NCBI RefSeq assembly: GCF_001194135.2
Contig: NC_068985.1
Location: forward strand, 18,824,192 to 18,882,365
Source: Octopus bimaculoides
Taxonomy: Eukaryota
Direction: 5' to 3'
DNA: 58,174 nucleotides
Below are positions 1-12,276 of this stretch, piece after piece. The translations under genes and the position numbers were made by a program. Within the stretch, counting starts at the first letter, position 1. Every line of letters starts with the position of its first letter. Below the pieces are notes generated by a model. It ran no database searches and was not told the DNA's origin. It was given only the letters and a program-made list of their open reading frames with translations.

Positions 1-135
1 AATCCCCCCTACCCCGCCCCCATAATTTTTCACTGTTTCTAGATTTTTTTTTTTTTTTACGAAATTTCTAAAGTATGGAGATTTTGATTCTGCAGAAAAA
101 ATTTTTGTACAATTTCAATTTCTCAAAAATAAACC

Positions 136-371
136 TTACCTCGGTAAGTTTGGATAGGTATCGCATCCTGAATAAATTATAAGTAGTTGTTAATTTGAGT
201 CTTGTCACTATTATTCATATTCTTTGTCCTTTTCCATGTGATGGCATTTAGTAGAATGTTTATCATAACTACCTGGACTACATCAAATGTGTTCTGTCTT
301 CAGCTGCAAGGTCACTCATCAATCTTGTAACGGTCCTCAATGAACACAACATCATATCAGTAATGTTTTGA
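136..371. repeat. Local duplication copy 1 (236 bp)
   Basis: Near-identical to 1703-1937; an older diverged partial copy lies at about 655-750. Confidence 0.95.
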
Positions 372-484
372 CCAATTCTATATCATTTTACTATTTTTCT
401 AATTAAGATACTTGTTTCAACCAAATTCATGACTTTACACTAGTTCTTTAGTCTTTTATGGGTAGAAAGACAGTCTCATAAAAT

Positions 485-1629
485 TAAATAAAATATGCTG
501 AAACAAACCGCTCCTGCTTGCAGAGTAGTCTTGAATTTCTTCAGCCAAGTGCATATTTAAAAGTGGATTCGCTTAAATATATGACATTACTCATATTTAC
601 TAGATAGAGAATGTTGTCGATGTTTGTGTCCATATCCATATGTTGACACTAGGTATTTATCATAACTACTTGGACTACATCAAATGTGGTTCGTCTTCGG
701 TTATAAAGTCAGTCATTAATCTTGTAATGGTCCTCAACATTCACATCATCATAATAGTTATTTTTTAATAAACCATTCGCACTGATGTAACAGGTATTGC
801 ATTTCCATGATGTTTTATGTTGTAGAAGCACTGAATATTGCATATATATATGGCAGTAGGTTGTATTGGAGTTTGTTTTTAATAAAGCAAACAACTATGC
901 AGAGATCCCTGTATTGACTTGAGGTAATGCAACTGTTAGATCTACTTTGCAGTAAGATTAATTAATGTTTCTATTGGAGTGTCAGGGTTGTGTTACCTGA
1001 TTGGTAAGTTGTTCAGCTTAACAGCTCTACTTTGGATGTATTGCTGTCTACAGCACCCAGATGTCACTATTTCTAGTTATTCTGTTCTAAACTATGATTG
1101 AAATTTTCTTCTCTATTAATACGTTGGATGTTGTAAAAATTTGATTGTGACTTAACAGTAGTTCTAGATTTATGGAATGGTGTTTCTGGTTAAAATAGGA
1201 TACTTTACCATTGCAATACAACACACATTAAAACACTTCTACAGTGAGGTAATGCTGTTATTTCATCATTGAATAGTATTTCTCTCCTTTTATTGGATAA
1301 TTCAGCTTATTTGTGGGCCTGTCATTTATGGCAAAAGCACCCTCTTTTGGTGGACTGTCATGTTTTGCCTTCACTATTTTATATGAAGCACTTGAATTGC
1401 TATAAACAAGTTGGTTTTGAGTTGCAAGGATGACTTAATAGTATCTGCTTTCTCTGAAAGTTTTGGGAGAGATTTTAAAGGCTCTGCTTCCTATTTCTGG
1501 AAATTGTGACTCACTACCATTGGAAATTGAAACATTCAGTTTAAAGCCTGCCACATCATCAAAGTTCAGAGTTGCTACTGCTAAGTCTATTTTATAATTT
1601 GTAAAGGAGTGGGACTTTAGGAATAAAGA
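485..1629 (-). pseudogene. Decayed coding-like tract, possibly polycystin-1-like (REJ/PLAT/TM region)
   Basis: One frame is open for 180 codons with only 3 internal stops (1629-1090). The same frame contains ORF 894-709 and continues as EDHYKIND*LYNRRRTTFDVVQVVMIN. Family assignment is by eye only. Confidence 0.4.
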
Positions 1630-1702
1630 TTATGTAAAATGACGTGAATTATAACCATAAAGTATTTTTGCATTAGTTTCCTTCATACACATAAGTACAT
1701 TG

Positions 1703-1937
1703 TTACCTCGGTAAGTTTGGATAGATCTCACATCCTGAATAAATTATAAGTAGTTGTTAATTGAGTCTTGTCACTATTATTCATATTCTTTGTCCTTTTC
1801 CATGTGATGGCATTTAGTAGAATGTTTATCATAACTACCTGGACTACATCAAATGTGTTCTGTCTTCAGCTGCAAGGTCACTCATCAATCTTGTAACGGT
1901 CCTCAATGAACACAACATCATATCAGTAATGTTTTGA
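1703..1937. repeat. Local duplication copy 2 (235 bp)
   Basis: Matches 136-371 apart from a few substitutions and a 1-nt indel. Confidence 0.95.
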
Positions 1938-2771
1938 TCTGTTCATTAACATACATCTAACTGAAATACATTTTTTGTTTTTTATCCCATGATTTATTCA
2001 GTTACAGTATGATTTCCAGTCATATGTAGTACACACACAAACCATCATTTAATGTCCCTCTTCCATTCTATCATGTTGGTTCAACAGGCACTCGTATGCC
2101 AAAGGACTGGCCGTGCCATCTGCTTTGGCATGATTTTTATAGTTGGATGCCCTTCCTAACAACTAGTTTTTAGAGTGGACTGATGATTTTATATGGCACC
2201 AGCACTGATTAGGTCACCAAGTAACTTGCAAGACCAGGATATCTCATGATAGGGAGAGTGGTATTGAGGATGATGGCTGTGTACCGGGTTATGAGAAGAG
2301 ACAGTATGATAAAGAAACAGGTGTGCTTGTTGTTCATGATGCTGTTTAGTACAAAAGAAATGTCCTAACCGTTTGCTTCAGTTTCCTTCATTCACAATGT
2401 TTTCATACCATTCACGTGCCTGTCCAATCTCATTGATGACGTTTGAATAATAAAATGTTCATTGTGCAAGCATGAACAAACATCGTGGTCAATTGGAGCA
2501 AGATAGTCATTTTGTGTTCGTATCTTCATTATTATCAATGTTCACAAACATCAGAAAGGTAATATTGAAATAACTGAAACCAATATTGAAGCTGCCATTG
2601 CATCCCCATGTGGAGGATTTGAACATGGTTACCCCAGTCAGCAAGTGAGATGCTGGTGATGTGCCAGATAGTACTCTCAAGTTCAAAGGTGAATTATTGA
2701 TCCAGTGTTATTACCTGTGCTTTCAGCTTGATTATGGAGTTCTTCAATGTCTTTTTTCTTTTCTTTTCCAG

Positions 2772-2949
2772 CCATCCTGGATATTTTGGTAAAGTTGGTA
2801 TGCGGCATTACCATTTATTAAAACATCATTATTATTGCCCAATCATTAACATAGACTCATTGTGGAATTTGGTCCCAGAAAACATCCGAACTAATTATAT
2901 GAAGTCTCGACGAGACAAAAGAGCAGCAGTTATTGATTGTGTAAAACAT
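2772..2949 (+). CDS. RPL27A: 60S ribosomal protein L27a (uL15), penultimate coding exon
   Basis: Acceptor ttttccag at 2770-2771, donor gtaagt at 2950. Translates (Y)HPGYFGKVGMRHYHLLKHHYYCPIINIDSLWNLVPE...AAVIDCVKH, matching the uL15 HPGYFGKVGM motif. Upstream exons lie before the window. Confidence 0.95.
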
Positions 2950-3955
2950 GTAAGTTCCTACTTATATTGTTCTTAACATGTTTCTCATATGCATTACTTC
3001 TTATAACTAATGCAAGTTTATAACTTGTATATAATCATGTAATGCTACAGCAATATTGGGGATATCCAAAGTAACTTTAAGTGAATTTATAGTTGCTATT
3101 TCAACCTCAAACATATTTTCATATTTGTTAACCTTTTTAATATCAATCTGTCCAAGAGTGTTTATCCTACATTATCCACCTGATGTAAGGAAGTATTTTC
3201 AAACTGGTAGAAATGCCACCTAATGGAGGAAGTAGTGCCATAAAGTTCTGAAATTCAGTATTTAAGATTATTCAGTATACTGTTTGTCATCATGTGATAC
3301 CAAAATGCTAGAGACTACCCAAATTTGACCCTTTTGTTACTATATTTCTAACCAAGATACATCCCGTATGTGTCTCAATCCAGTTCAATTCTAAAATAAT
3401 CATAAATTTAGACAAGTTTCAAAGAACAACTTATTTATTTAACATGAATTTTGGATTACAATTTAAAAGCCTCCAGTTTCAAAGCAAATTTAATTACAGG
3501 TAAATTCAACAAAATATAAAATTAAAATTTTGTTTCAGTATCAACTTGGGAAATGAGTTATTTGTTAATAATATTCAATGAGTACACAACAAAATTTTAA
3601 TAGTGGAGAATTATTGAATTATTTATCAGTTGAACTTCATACACATAATACAGGTGTACCATAAAGGTAACGCAAAACGAAATACTGGGATTTGTCTTAT
3701 AAGAAAACTTGGAAATGACCTGCTCAATACCTAAATTTTTCTTTTTACTGATGCAACTGTCTTATTCCCAAGGATATTATGGGGTTGGTGACAACTTTGG
3801 ATCTCAAAACTGAAATTAGTTCCAGTACTTCGTTAGTTCATAAATAAATTGTATTTTTAATTATTGTTTCTGCAAGTAAATTCACGTTTTCAAATATTTT
3901 CGTTTTGTGTTCTGTACCTGAATTTTTGTTAATTTTCATTTTGTTTTATTTGCAG

Positions 3956-4084
3956 GGTTATTTTAAAGTACTTGGAAAGGGTGAGATTCCTAAAGCCCCA
4001 GTTATTGTGAAAGCTAAGTTTTTCAGTAAACTAGCTGAACAGAAAATCAAGGCTGCTGGTGGAGCTTGTCTTCTTGTTCCATGA
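3956..4084 (+). CDS. RPL27A: 60S ribosomal protein L27a, last coding exon
   Basis: Polypyrimidine tract plus tgcag acceptor at 3955. [42 protein letters not shown] (TGA 4082-4084), in phase with the previous exon. Confidence 0.96.
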   Translation, partial: GYFKVLGKGEIPKAPVIVKAKFFSKLAEQKIKAAGGACLLVP

Positions 4085-4106
4085 GTACTCAGTTTGAGTT
4101 CAGAGT

Positions 4107-4112
4107 AATAAA
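4107..4112 (+). terminator. Polyadenylation signal of RPL27A
   Basis: AATAAA about 22 nt after the stop codon, followed by a T-rich tract. Confidence 0.7.
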
Positions 4113-4373
4113 TGTCTTAAAAAGCAGTTTCATTAGTTTTTGTCTTTTTTTGTTTCTTAAAGTTATGGATCAGAGAAACTGTAGGACATGAGATAATGTC
4201 TGGCTGGGCTTGTTTAAAGATTTTTACAATTTCTTTAAAGATGTCTACTATGTAGACCAATGGACAGTTGATTGTTGTATGTTGGTGCAAAATTAATTTA
4301 TGGAATATGTCTATATTCTTCAGTGAAGCTCCGTGTATTTACTCAATGTAAAAGTACTTGCGATTGTTGCAGT

Positions 4374-4781
4374 TCATAGACTTGCCATACAATGTAGTGC
4401 AGTGCTCTGCAGACCGAACACAGGTCCATTACAACTAGGAGTAAAGATTGTAGCGTGCAAATTGAGTGTTACGTCTTGTGAGTTGGCTGTTATAATTAGC
4501 TCAATGAAAAAAGTCACTGATGTGTGTTTGTAAATTAGGTTGGGCATGTTATGTCTTGGGTGTAACAGCCCACACTTCACATAAATAGTCAGTAGCAGTA
4601 ATGATCATGAAAAGTGATTCCAAAATATGGCATATCTTTCGAAAATCTTGGACATAAATATAAAGTGAAAAACTTGATTGTTTTCATGCATTAACATAAT
4701 TCTGACAATTACTCTGGTTTCGAGGACTTTTTCGTCACCAGTATTGCTGCTCTGGATTTTGTTAACTGATATGTGGCTGTG
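4374..4781 (-). pseudogene. Decayed coding-like tract, possibly PKD-domain / start-of-REJ-like
   Basis: 135 codons with one internal stop (4607-4605): ...FERYAIFWNHFS*...YKHTSVTFFIELIITANSQDVTLNLHATIFTPSCNGPVF. Confidence 0.3.
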
Positions 4782-5069
4782 TTAAGGCGTTGTTTTTTAA
4801 GGCTTTATTTGATTGTATTGACACTGATATTTATTGGGCTTATTCTAATGAAATCCTGGGTTACAGGATATTAAGGGGCACAGTGTAAAATGATGGGTTT
4901 TTTAGAGTGGTATAAACATCTACCAGATACCATTCACAGGGTATTGATCAACACAAAAAGAAGAGTTTAGTACTTTAACTGTTCAAATTACCAATAGGTA
5001 CCTGCAATGGAATTTGCTAGTGTCTTACCACAAATTTCCTTTGTCTCTGAAATTTAAAATACATCTGGT

Positions 5070-6330
5070 GGGCGATGCGGAAACTGGGGATTGACAAGTG
5101 GTTAAGAAGAGCTGTACAGGGGATGCCATTAATAAGCTAAGGGTTGGCAATGAGTATAGCGAAGAATTCCAGGTAGAAGTAGGGGTCCACCAAGGATCTG
5201 CCCTCAGCCCCCCTCTTATTCATCATAGTCCTCCAGGCAGTAACAGAGGAATTCAAGACAGTATACCCCTGGGAGCTCCTCTATGCTGATGACCTTGCTC
5301 ATAGTGGAATCACTACCAGAACTACAGAAATTTCAGGTGTGGGAGCAAGGTTTAGAGCCAATGTTGCAAAAACCAAAGTCCTAGTAAGTAGGAAGGTAAA
5401 CACATCACAAACCCCTTCAGGTAGATGGACCTGTTCAATCTGTAGAAACTCCGTAAGATGTACCCAGTGTAAGCTATGGGTGCATAAGAGGTGCTGCAAC
5501 ATCAAACGAAGGTTAACCAGGAAGATAGCTTTAATGTATTGCAGATGTTCAGAAAACTGATTCCATCACATGCCAGGAGAAACTAGAAGTAGTTGATAGC
5601 TTCCATTACCTAGGTGATCAAGTCTGTAGTAGGGGTGGATGTTCAGAGAGTGTTGCCACTAGAATAAGAATAGCCTGGGCAAAGTTCAGAAAGCTCCTAC
5701 CTCTACTGATGTCAAAGGGCCTCTCGCTCAGAGTGAAAGGTAGATTGTATGATGCATGTGTGAATACTGTCATGCTACACAGCAGTGAAACATGGGCTGT
5801 GACTGCTGAAGACATGCATAGGCTTGAAAGACATGAAGCTAGTATGCTCCACTGGATGAGTAATGTCAGTGTGTAAGCGCCCTTAGAAATGTGAAGCATC
5901 AGATGTGGTGTGCAAGAGAGACGACTCTGCTGGTATGGTCATGTGCTACATATGGATGAGGAGAGCTGTGAAGAAGTCACTTCCTAACTGGAAGTGGGAG
6001 ACCCAGGAAGACATGGGATGAGGTGGTGAAGCATGAACTTTGAGCCTCACAGAGGCAATGATGAAATACCAAGACCTCTGGAGATCTGCTGTGATTGAGA
6101 AAACCCAGCAAGGAAAGCTGTAGCCTACACCATTGTTGCATAACCAGCCCATTTAAAAAATACCTTTGAATCATTGGGTGGCATTCCATGTTTGAGGAGG
6201 CCTATTTAGTCAAGTAAATCAAATCAAATGGAAATAATAGTTGTGGCTGTTACCAGTGCTGGTGGTATGTGATAAGCACCATTCATTAATGCATGGGTTG
6301 CTGCCTGACTGGCTCCTGCACTGGTGGATC
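5070..6330 (+). mobile_element. RTE-clade LINE, 5'-truncated and frameshifted (RT plus part of 3' UTR)
   Basis: GVHQGSALSP, PWELLYADDLA, KTKVL, a Cys-rich insert (CSIC...CTQCKLWVHKRC), FHYLGD, AWAKFRKLLPLL, VMLHSSETWAV. The 3' part matches the tail repeats listed below. Confidence 0.9.
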
Positions 6331-6735
6331 ATCATCATCATCATCATCATCGTTTAACGTCCGCTTTCCATGCTAGCATGGGTTGGACGATTTGACTGAG
6401 GACTGGTGAAACCGGATGGCAACACCAGGCTCCAGTCTGATTTGGCAGAGTTTCTACAGCTGGATGCCCTTCCTAACGCCAACCACTCAGAGAGTGTAGT
6501 GGGTGCTTTTACGTGTCACCCGCACGAAAACGGCCACGCTCGAAATGGTGTCTTTTATGTGCCACCCGCACAAGCCAGTCCAGGGGCACTGGCAACGATC
6601 TCGCTCGAAAATCCTACAGGAGCCAGTCAGGCGGTACTGGCAACGGCCACGCTCAAAATGGTGCATCTCATGTGCCACCCGCACAAGAACCAGTCCAGGG
6701 GCACTGGCAACGATCTTACTTGGCTTGCCGGGTCT
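6330..6735 (-). mobile_element. RTE LINE 3' end with (ATG)n tail, young copy
   Basis: catcatcatcgtttaacgtccgctttccatgc...ggatgcccttcctaacgccaaccac, CpG retained. Related copies at about 2040-2200, 6826-7000, 9580-9700, 10285-10470, 19330-19830, 21735-21990, 25345-25520, 25865-26230, 27285-27460 (all -). Confidence 0.85.
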
Positions 6736-8422
6736 TCTCTTACTTTTTTTCAAATTTATAGCTGGACAAATGGAAAGTGTTTTAACTTTTATAGATGAAG
6801 GCACTTCTGTGCACCACACCATCATCATCATTTAATGTCTGTTTTCCATACTGTTATGGGTTGGACAGTTTGACAGGAGCTGGCCAAGCTCCATATCTGA
6901 TTTGTCATGGTTTCTATGGCTGATGCCTTACTAACACCAACCAATTCACAAAGCATACTGGGTGCTTTTACGAAGCACCAGCATGGATGTATTTACATGG
7001 CACCAGAATGGGTGTTTTTTTTACATGGTACAAGCCCAGAAGATCAGGAATGCTCAGCTGGAGAGGGATACTGGGACAATTTTGATTTTATTTAGCTTTA
7101 CGTGTCTTCTCAAGCACAGCAAACTTCCAGAAGTCTTGGACTCTTGTCATTTTCCCCCTGTGAGGCACACCACATTTAGAGTGAACACAAGTTGTAATCT
7201 GTGTATGCAAAAGGCCAACATTTCATTAGGTAAGGAAGCTCTGTCGGGGTTTTGATACCATGACTGCAATACCAGAGTTGCCCCACAGCCAGTAGTGTAG
7301 GCTACAAAACTCCTGCACAATAGCACAAACTCTGTTGAGTCAGATGCTGGGATTCTGGGCCAGTTGTTTTTGTCACCCTCAATTGAGAAATAAAGCTTGT
7401 TTGTACAATGGGCTTAGATGCACTACACAATAGCTGTTGTAGTAAGATTTAAAAATATGATTCCACAATACCTTGACACAAGTGTGTTTGTTTCTCAAGT
7501 TTTCTTTATAACTGTTTCTGATTATATACTTATTTTCTGTTAAAATGATATTTAAGTGGTTTTCCTTCCATGTTACTATTGGGTTGAAAAACTATATAAA
7601 ATGGAGGTAAGTATTCCATAGGTTGGCAGGTTATCATGGAAGCAAAATAAAGAAAGGAAGAAGGATTAAGAAATAGGAATGAAATAACAAAAAAGACATT
7701 TTATAAAAGATTATGATCTAGTATCATATTTTTTTTATTTGAAGATATAAAAAATAGGTTGAAAATATTAGCAGTTAAAATAAAGTTAACAGAAAAATAA
7801 ATAATGCCCGTTATTTATTTATTTCTTTTTCCGTGGTAATTTAATTACACTGATTTAAAATTTTGTGTCAAAATGAAAAAGGAATATTATGACATGAAGA
7901 TGAAAATGTTAAATAAATAACTGTGCAAAGAAACTTTTGAGAATTTTTTTCTTTCTTATGATCAAAGAATTTCAAAGAGTAAGCATCTTTGAAAATATAT
8001 GATGACATCTATGATAACTTGTTAAATGTGTAATACAGTACAAATACAATATGATTAAATATAAATTACATAGTTTTTTTTACATATAAACAAATATAAA
8101 GGTGTGGAGAATGTATCTGTGTAGCTCAAATGGAAAGGCGCTTATGGAAAACCAATTTAAATAATATGATTTCCGAAGGTTCAACAAAGCTCTTTTTTGT
8201 TTCAGATTGTAATTACTAAGTAATTTACAGGAATATTCCACAAACTCTTAAATGGCAATACTATAAATATTTTTCTCCAATGAAACAGTTGTGGTAGGAA
8301 GGAAAAATGATGTATAAACTACTTATCCATTTCAGAAAAAAAAAAAAAGTTTATAGCTATATAGACATATAAAGGTATATGAAGATATATATATAAAACT
8401 ATAATATTGCAAGATTTTTTAA

Positions 8423-8645
8423 CCCTTTGCCTCTCTTGTGTATTGTGATATACAGGACATTTCCCCGGTGTCCATGCATCATATATATAATACACATTGC
8501 TAATCTTTTTTCAGCTACCAGAGTAACTTGGGACTTAAAGCTTTATATTACTGAGAAACCTATGAAATAATTGCTATCTAAAAATCTGAAAACAAGCATG
8601 GATATTTAGTAAAAATTTATGAAATTACTTTAGTCATGCAAAGGG
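8423..8645. mobile_element. piggyBac-like MITE
   Basis: TIR ccctttgc/gcaaaggg flanked by TTAA on both sides. Confidence 0.7.
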
Positions 8646-9677
8646 TTAACTTAAGTTTCATTGGTTTAAAAATATGAAGTTTTATCGTTTTTCTATACTT
8701 ATTATAAAATGCTATGAAATTAGATGGCAGGGGAAAAACACAGAGGGAGCAGTTCCTTTTTTTTAATTAAAAATTCTGTTGATAGAAGGCAAGGAGGCAT
8801 ACATTCACTCATTAATCATTCTGTAAAGACATAACTTGGTTAGAAGTTGATAATTATAATAAAGCATTTCACACAGGAGAATGAGAATATCTGAAGGAAA
8901 TTAAATAAATGTCAATAAATAAATGTATAAATATTGATGATAGTGATGATGACGATAATGACAACAACATAGCTAAGATGAGGAGGAAAAGAGTATATAT
9001 AGGACATATATAAAGAATTTAAGGAAAGTCCACATTTAATTTTATACACGATTTGCTTGTAGAATCTCTCTATAAACATATTTAATTGTTTACAGTCTGG
9101 TAAATTGTCTACATTATATCATTTTTTTTTCAAGATATGATATGAATTTGAAAAGTTTTAAAATGCTACATGATCTGGTTAATTAAGATATACCTAACAA
9201 ACATTGTTTTTTTTTTATATATATATATATATATTATTACAGAGAAATTATTGAAGCTGCCATTAATTCTTGACTGTTAAGATGTTCTTTATTAAAAAAT
9301 ATGTAATTCTTAAACAGTCAATGTATAATAAAAAAGAATGTTACCTAGAAGAAGAAAAACATAAAAAAATATAAAAAATATATGTATTATATCTTAATTA
9401 TATTTGGTGTCAGTGAGTGTAGATCCATTGGTAGAAAGGAAGTTGACAGATGCAAGATGAGAGTCACCTATGTCCAACATACCACAAACCGGTGAATCAT
9501 CCTAGAAAAAGAAAGATTACAATTGTAATGATTTGAAATTCAGTATACACACATATATACGTATAAACGCATATATATCATCATCATTTAACGTCCGCCT
9601 TCCATGCTGGCAAGGGTTGGATAGTTTGACAGGAGCCAGCCAGGCAGAAGACCACCCCAGGCTTCTGTGTCGGTTTT

Positions 9678-10234
9678 GGCATGGTTTTTACAGTCAGATG
9701 CAATTCCTAACACCAACTGTCCCGCTGAATGGACTGAGTGCTTTTTACGTGGCACCAGCACAGGTAAGGTCAGTTTTGGCATGGTTTTTACAGTCAGATG
9801 CAATTCCTAACACCAACTGTCCTGCTGAATGGACTGAGTGCTTTTTACGTGGCACCAGCACAGGTAAGGTCAGTTTTGGCATGGTTTTTACAGTCAGATG
9901 CAATTCCTAACACCAACTGTCCTNNNNNNNNNNNNNNNNNNNNNNNNNNNNNNNNNNNNNNNNNNNNNNNNNNNNNNNNNNNNNNNNNNNNNNNNNNNNN
10001 NNNNNNNNNNNNNNNNNNNNNNNNNNNNNNNNNNNNNNNNNNNNNNNNNNNNNNNNNNNNNNNNNNNNNNNNNNNNCGCTGAATGGACTGAGTGCTTTTT
10101 ACGTGGCACCAGCACAGGTAAGGTCAGTTTTGGCATGGTTTTTACAGTCAGATGCAATTCCTAACACCAACTGTCCTGCTGAATGGACTGAGTGCTTTTT
10201 ACGTGGCACCAGCACAGGTAAGGTCAGTTTTGGC
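9678..10234. repeat. 100-bp tandem repeat derived from an RTE 3' end, interrupted by a gap
   Basis: Unit start ggcatgg at 9678, 9778 and 9878, then 10132 and 10232. Units are near-identical. Confidence 0.9.
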
Positions 10235-11234
10235 ATTGATTTTACAGTGCGATCCCCTTCCAAATGCTGACCACTTCATACATACATCATCATTTAATGT
10301 CTGTTTTCCACGCTGGCATGGATTGGATGATTTGACAGGAGCTGGTAAACCAGAGGGCTGCACCACACTCCAGTCATCTCTTTTGGCATGGTTTGTATGG
10401 CTAGATGCCCTTCCTAACACCAACCATTTTACAGATTGTACTGGGCGCTTTTTATGTGGTGCCAGTACAGGTGCTGGCTTGAGTAAAATTATAAACTAAA
10501 CTATAAATAATAGTTTTCTCACATAGGCACAAGGTTATAAATTTAGGAGTAGAGGTACAAGATCAAAAATTTATGTCTTCTAGTGAGATATTCTTCATCT
10601 ACCATACTGACATTTGCAAATCTTATATTTTCCCCAACAATTTGAATTGAATATTATCTTTAATCAGTTTATCCAGTTGTTCTTATTCCACAATTCTCTT
10701 TTCTTGAACCCTAGCACTCATAATGTTAGTTACCCAGTTTCCATGATGAATGAGTGACTGAGATTACAACATTCCCCCTGAATGGAATGATGGTTCATTA
10801 CAGGTTTCAAGGCCAGCAATTTTAAGGGGAGGGGTCAAGTCAATTACATCAACTCCAGCACTCAACTGGTACTTTATTTTACCAACCACAAAGGAATGAA
10901 GAGCAAAGTTGACCTCTGTGAATTTGAACTCAGAAGGTGGAAGAAATGCCATTAAGCACAATTTCTAATGTGCCAATGATTCTGTCAGCTAGCTGCCTTA
11001 TTCCACAATCTAGAAAGATTTAAAAAGTGGTGGATTTCTTCTCAGACTACAACAAAATATTAAAAAATCTTTCAGCATGCACTTTAGTAGTTATGTACAT
11101 ATTTCCTCCTTTCTGATACAAGAGTATACTAAAAGACATTTCTTCTAAATTCATCAAATATGAATTCTGCTTTCACTAGTAGCTTCCCAAAAAGAAATAA
11201 AAAAGATATTTTAGAATAATAAAAATCTACTCAC

Positions 11235-11357
11235 CTCTTCATGTTTAGGTGAAAATTTAAACTCAGAAGGCCCGTCTTTCTTAATTGAATAAAAACGACC
11301 ACCATCTCCTCGTATCCGATTCATAGCATGTCGATGCCTCGATTCGTGCAGGTATTT
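11235..11357 (-). CDS. NFYA: NF-YA coding exon 7 (CCAAT-recognition helix)
   Basis: KYLHESRHRHAMNRIRGDGGRF. CAG acceptor. GAG|GTGAGT donor implies at least one more exon. Confidence 0.97.
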
Positions 11358-11684
11358 CTGACACAAAGATGATGACAAATATATAAAATGTCTCAATGTT
11401 TAGTTATAAACTATATCATTAAATTTGAATACTGAAATGAATTAAATGAGGCAGGTGGCGGGAAGGGAATAAATTTAACAATGGGTTACTACTGAGATTA
11501 TACAAATGGAAATTTATTGAAAATATTCATTTATATGCATCAACCCACAAGAACAGAGTAATAACTCAGAATTGCTTATCATATAAAAAGAGCAACCAGA
11601 TTAGAAAATGATGAGATTTTAGTAGCATTATTGTTTAATGTAGATGAAGACGAGGATGACAAGTTGAAGAGTTAACTAGCGTGA

Positions 11685-12003
11685 AGGCATGTGGCTAAGT
11701 GGATAGGGCATTTGGCTCATGATTGTAAGATCATGAGTTCAATACTTGGCAGTGCATTGCATCCTTGAGCAAGACACTTTATTTCACATTGCTCCAATCA
11801 ACTCAGCTGGCAAGAGTGAGTTGTACCCGTATTTCAAAAGGTCAGCCTTGTCACATTCTGTGTCATGCTGAATTTCCCTGAGAAGTACATTAAGGGTATG
11901 TGTGTCTGAGGAGTTGTCAGCCACTTGCACATTAATTTCACAAGCTGGGTGTTCCATTAATCAGATCCACTGGAACCTTCATTGTCATAACCAACAGTTC
12001 CAG
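11685..12003 (+). mobile_element. tRNA-derived SINE family A (CpG-decayed copy)
   Basis: Head tggctaagtggatagg...gagttcaatac aligns with intact copies at 37242-37535 and 43999-44320. Confidence 0.8.
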
Positions 12004-12276
12004 TTAACTAGCAGAGAGAGAATTGAGAAATATCTTATAAATGTAAGCCAAATGGCATATAACCTTACACTACAAATAAGAAGGTTTCTCGAGAAAATTA
12101 CGGAATCACAATCCAGGGTTTTTATAAGCTTATAAAATCTTTCTTGAAGGTTCCTTATACATTTATGTGTGAAACCAAAACAGTTTCTTTATTATTTGTT
12201 GACACCTATCGAAACTAATATGAAATATGACAAGTATTTCTCCAAAGATATCTAACTGATTCTCTTATTTACTTAC

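Noticed and set aside
898-1026. Possible intronic H/ACA snoRNA (hairpin, AGATTA, hairpin, ACA); vertebrate RPL27A hosts H/ACA snoRNAs
   Set aside because: Pocket-to-box distances are about 24 and 19 nt rather than 14-16, the second lower stem is poor, and the region lies within the antisense coding-like tract. A snoReport/Infernal run would settle it.
6406-6835. Cluster of overlapping 80-130 aa ORFs (also 17582-18096, 20865-21287, 21775-22134)
   Set aside because: GC-rich RTE 3' UTR repeats that are stop-poor by composition; no protein family is recognisable.
9678-10234. CRISPR-like regular repeat
   Set aside because: There are no unique spacers or cas genes. The units are contiguous LINE-derived tandem copies in a eukaryote.
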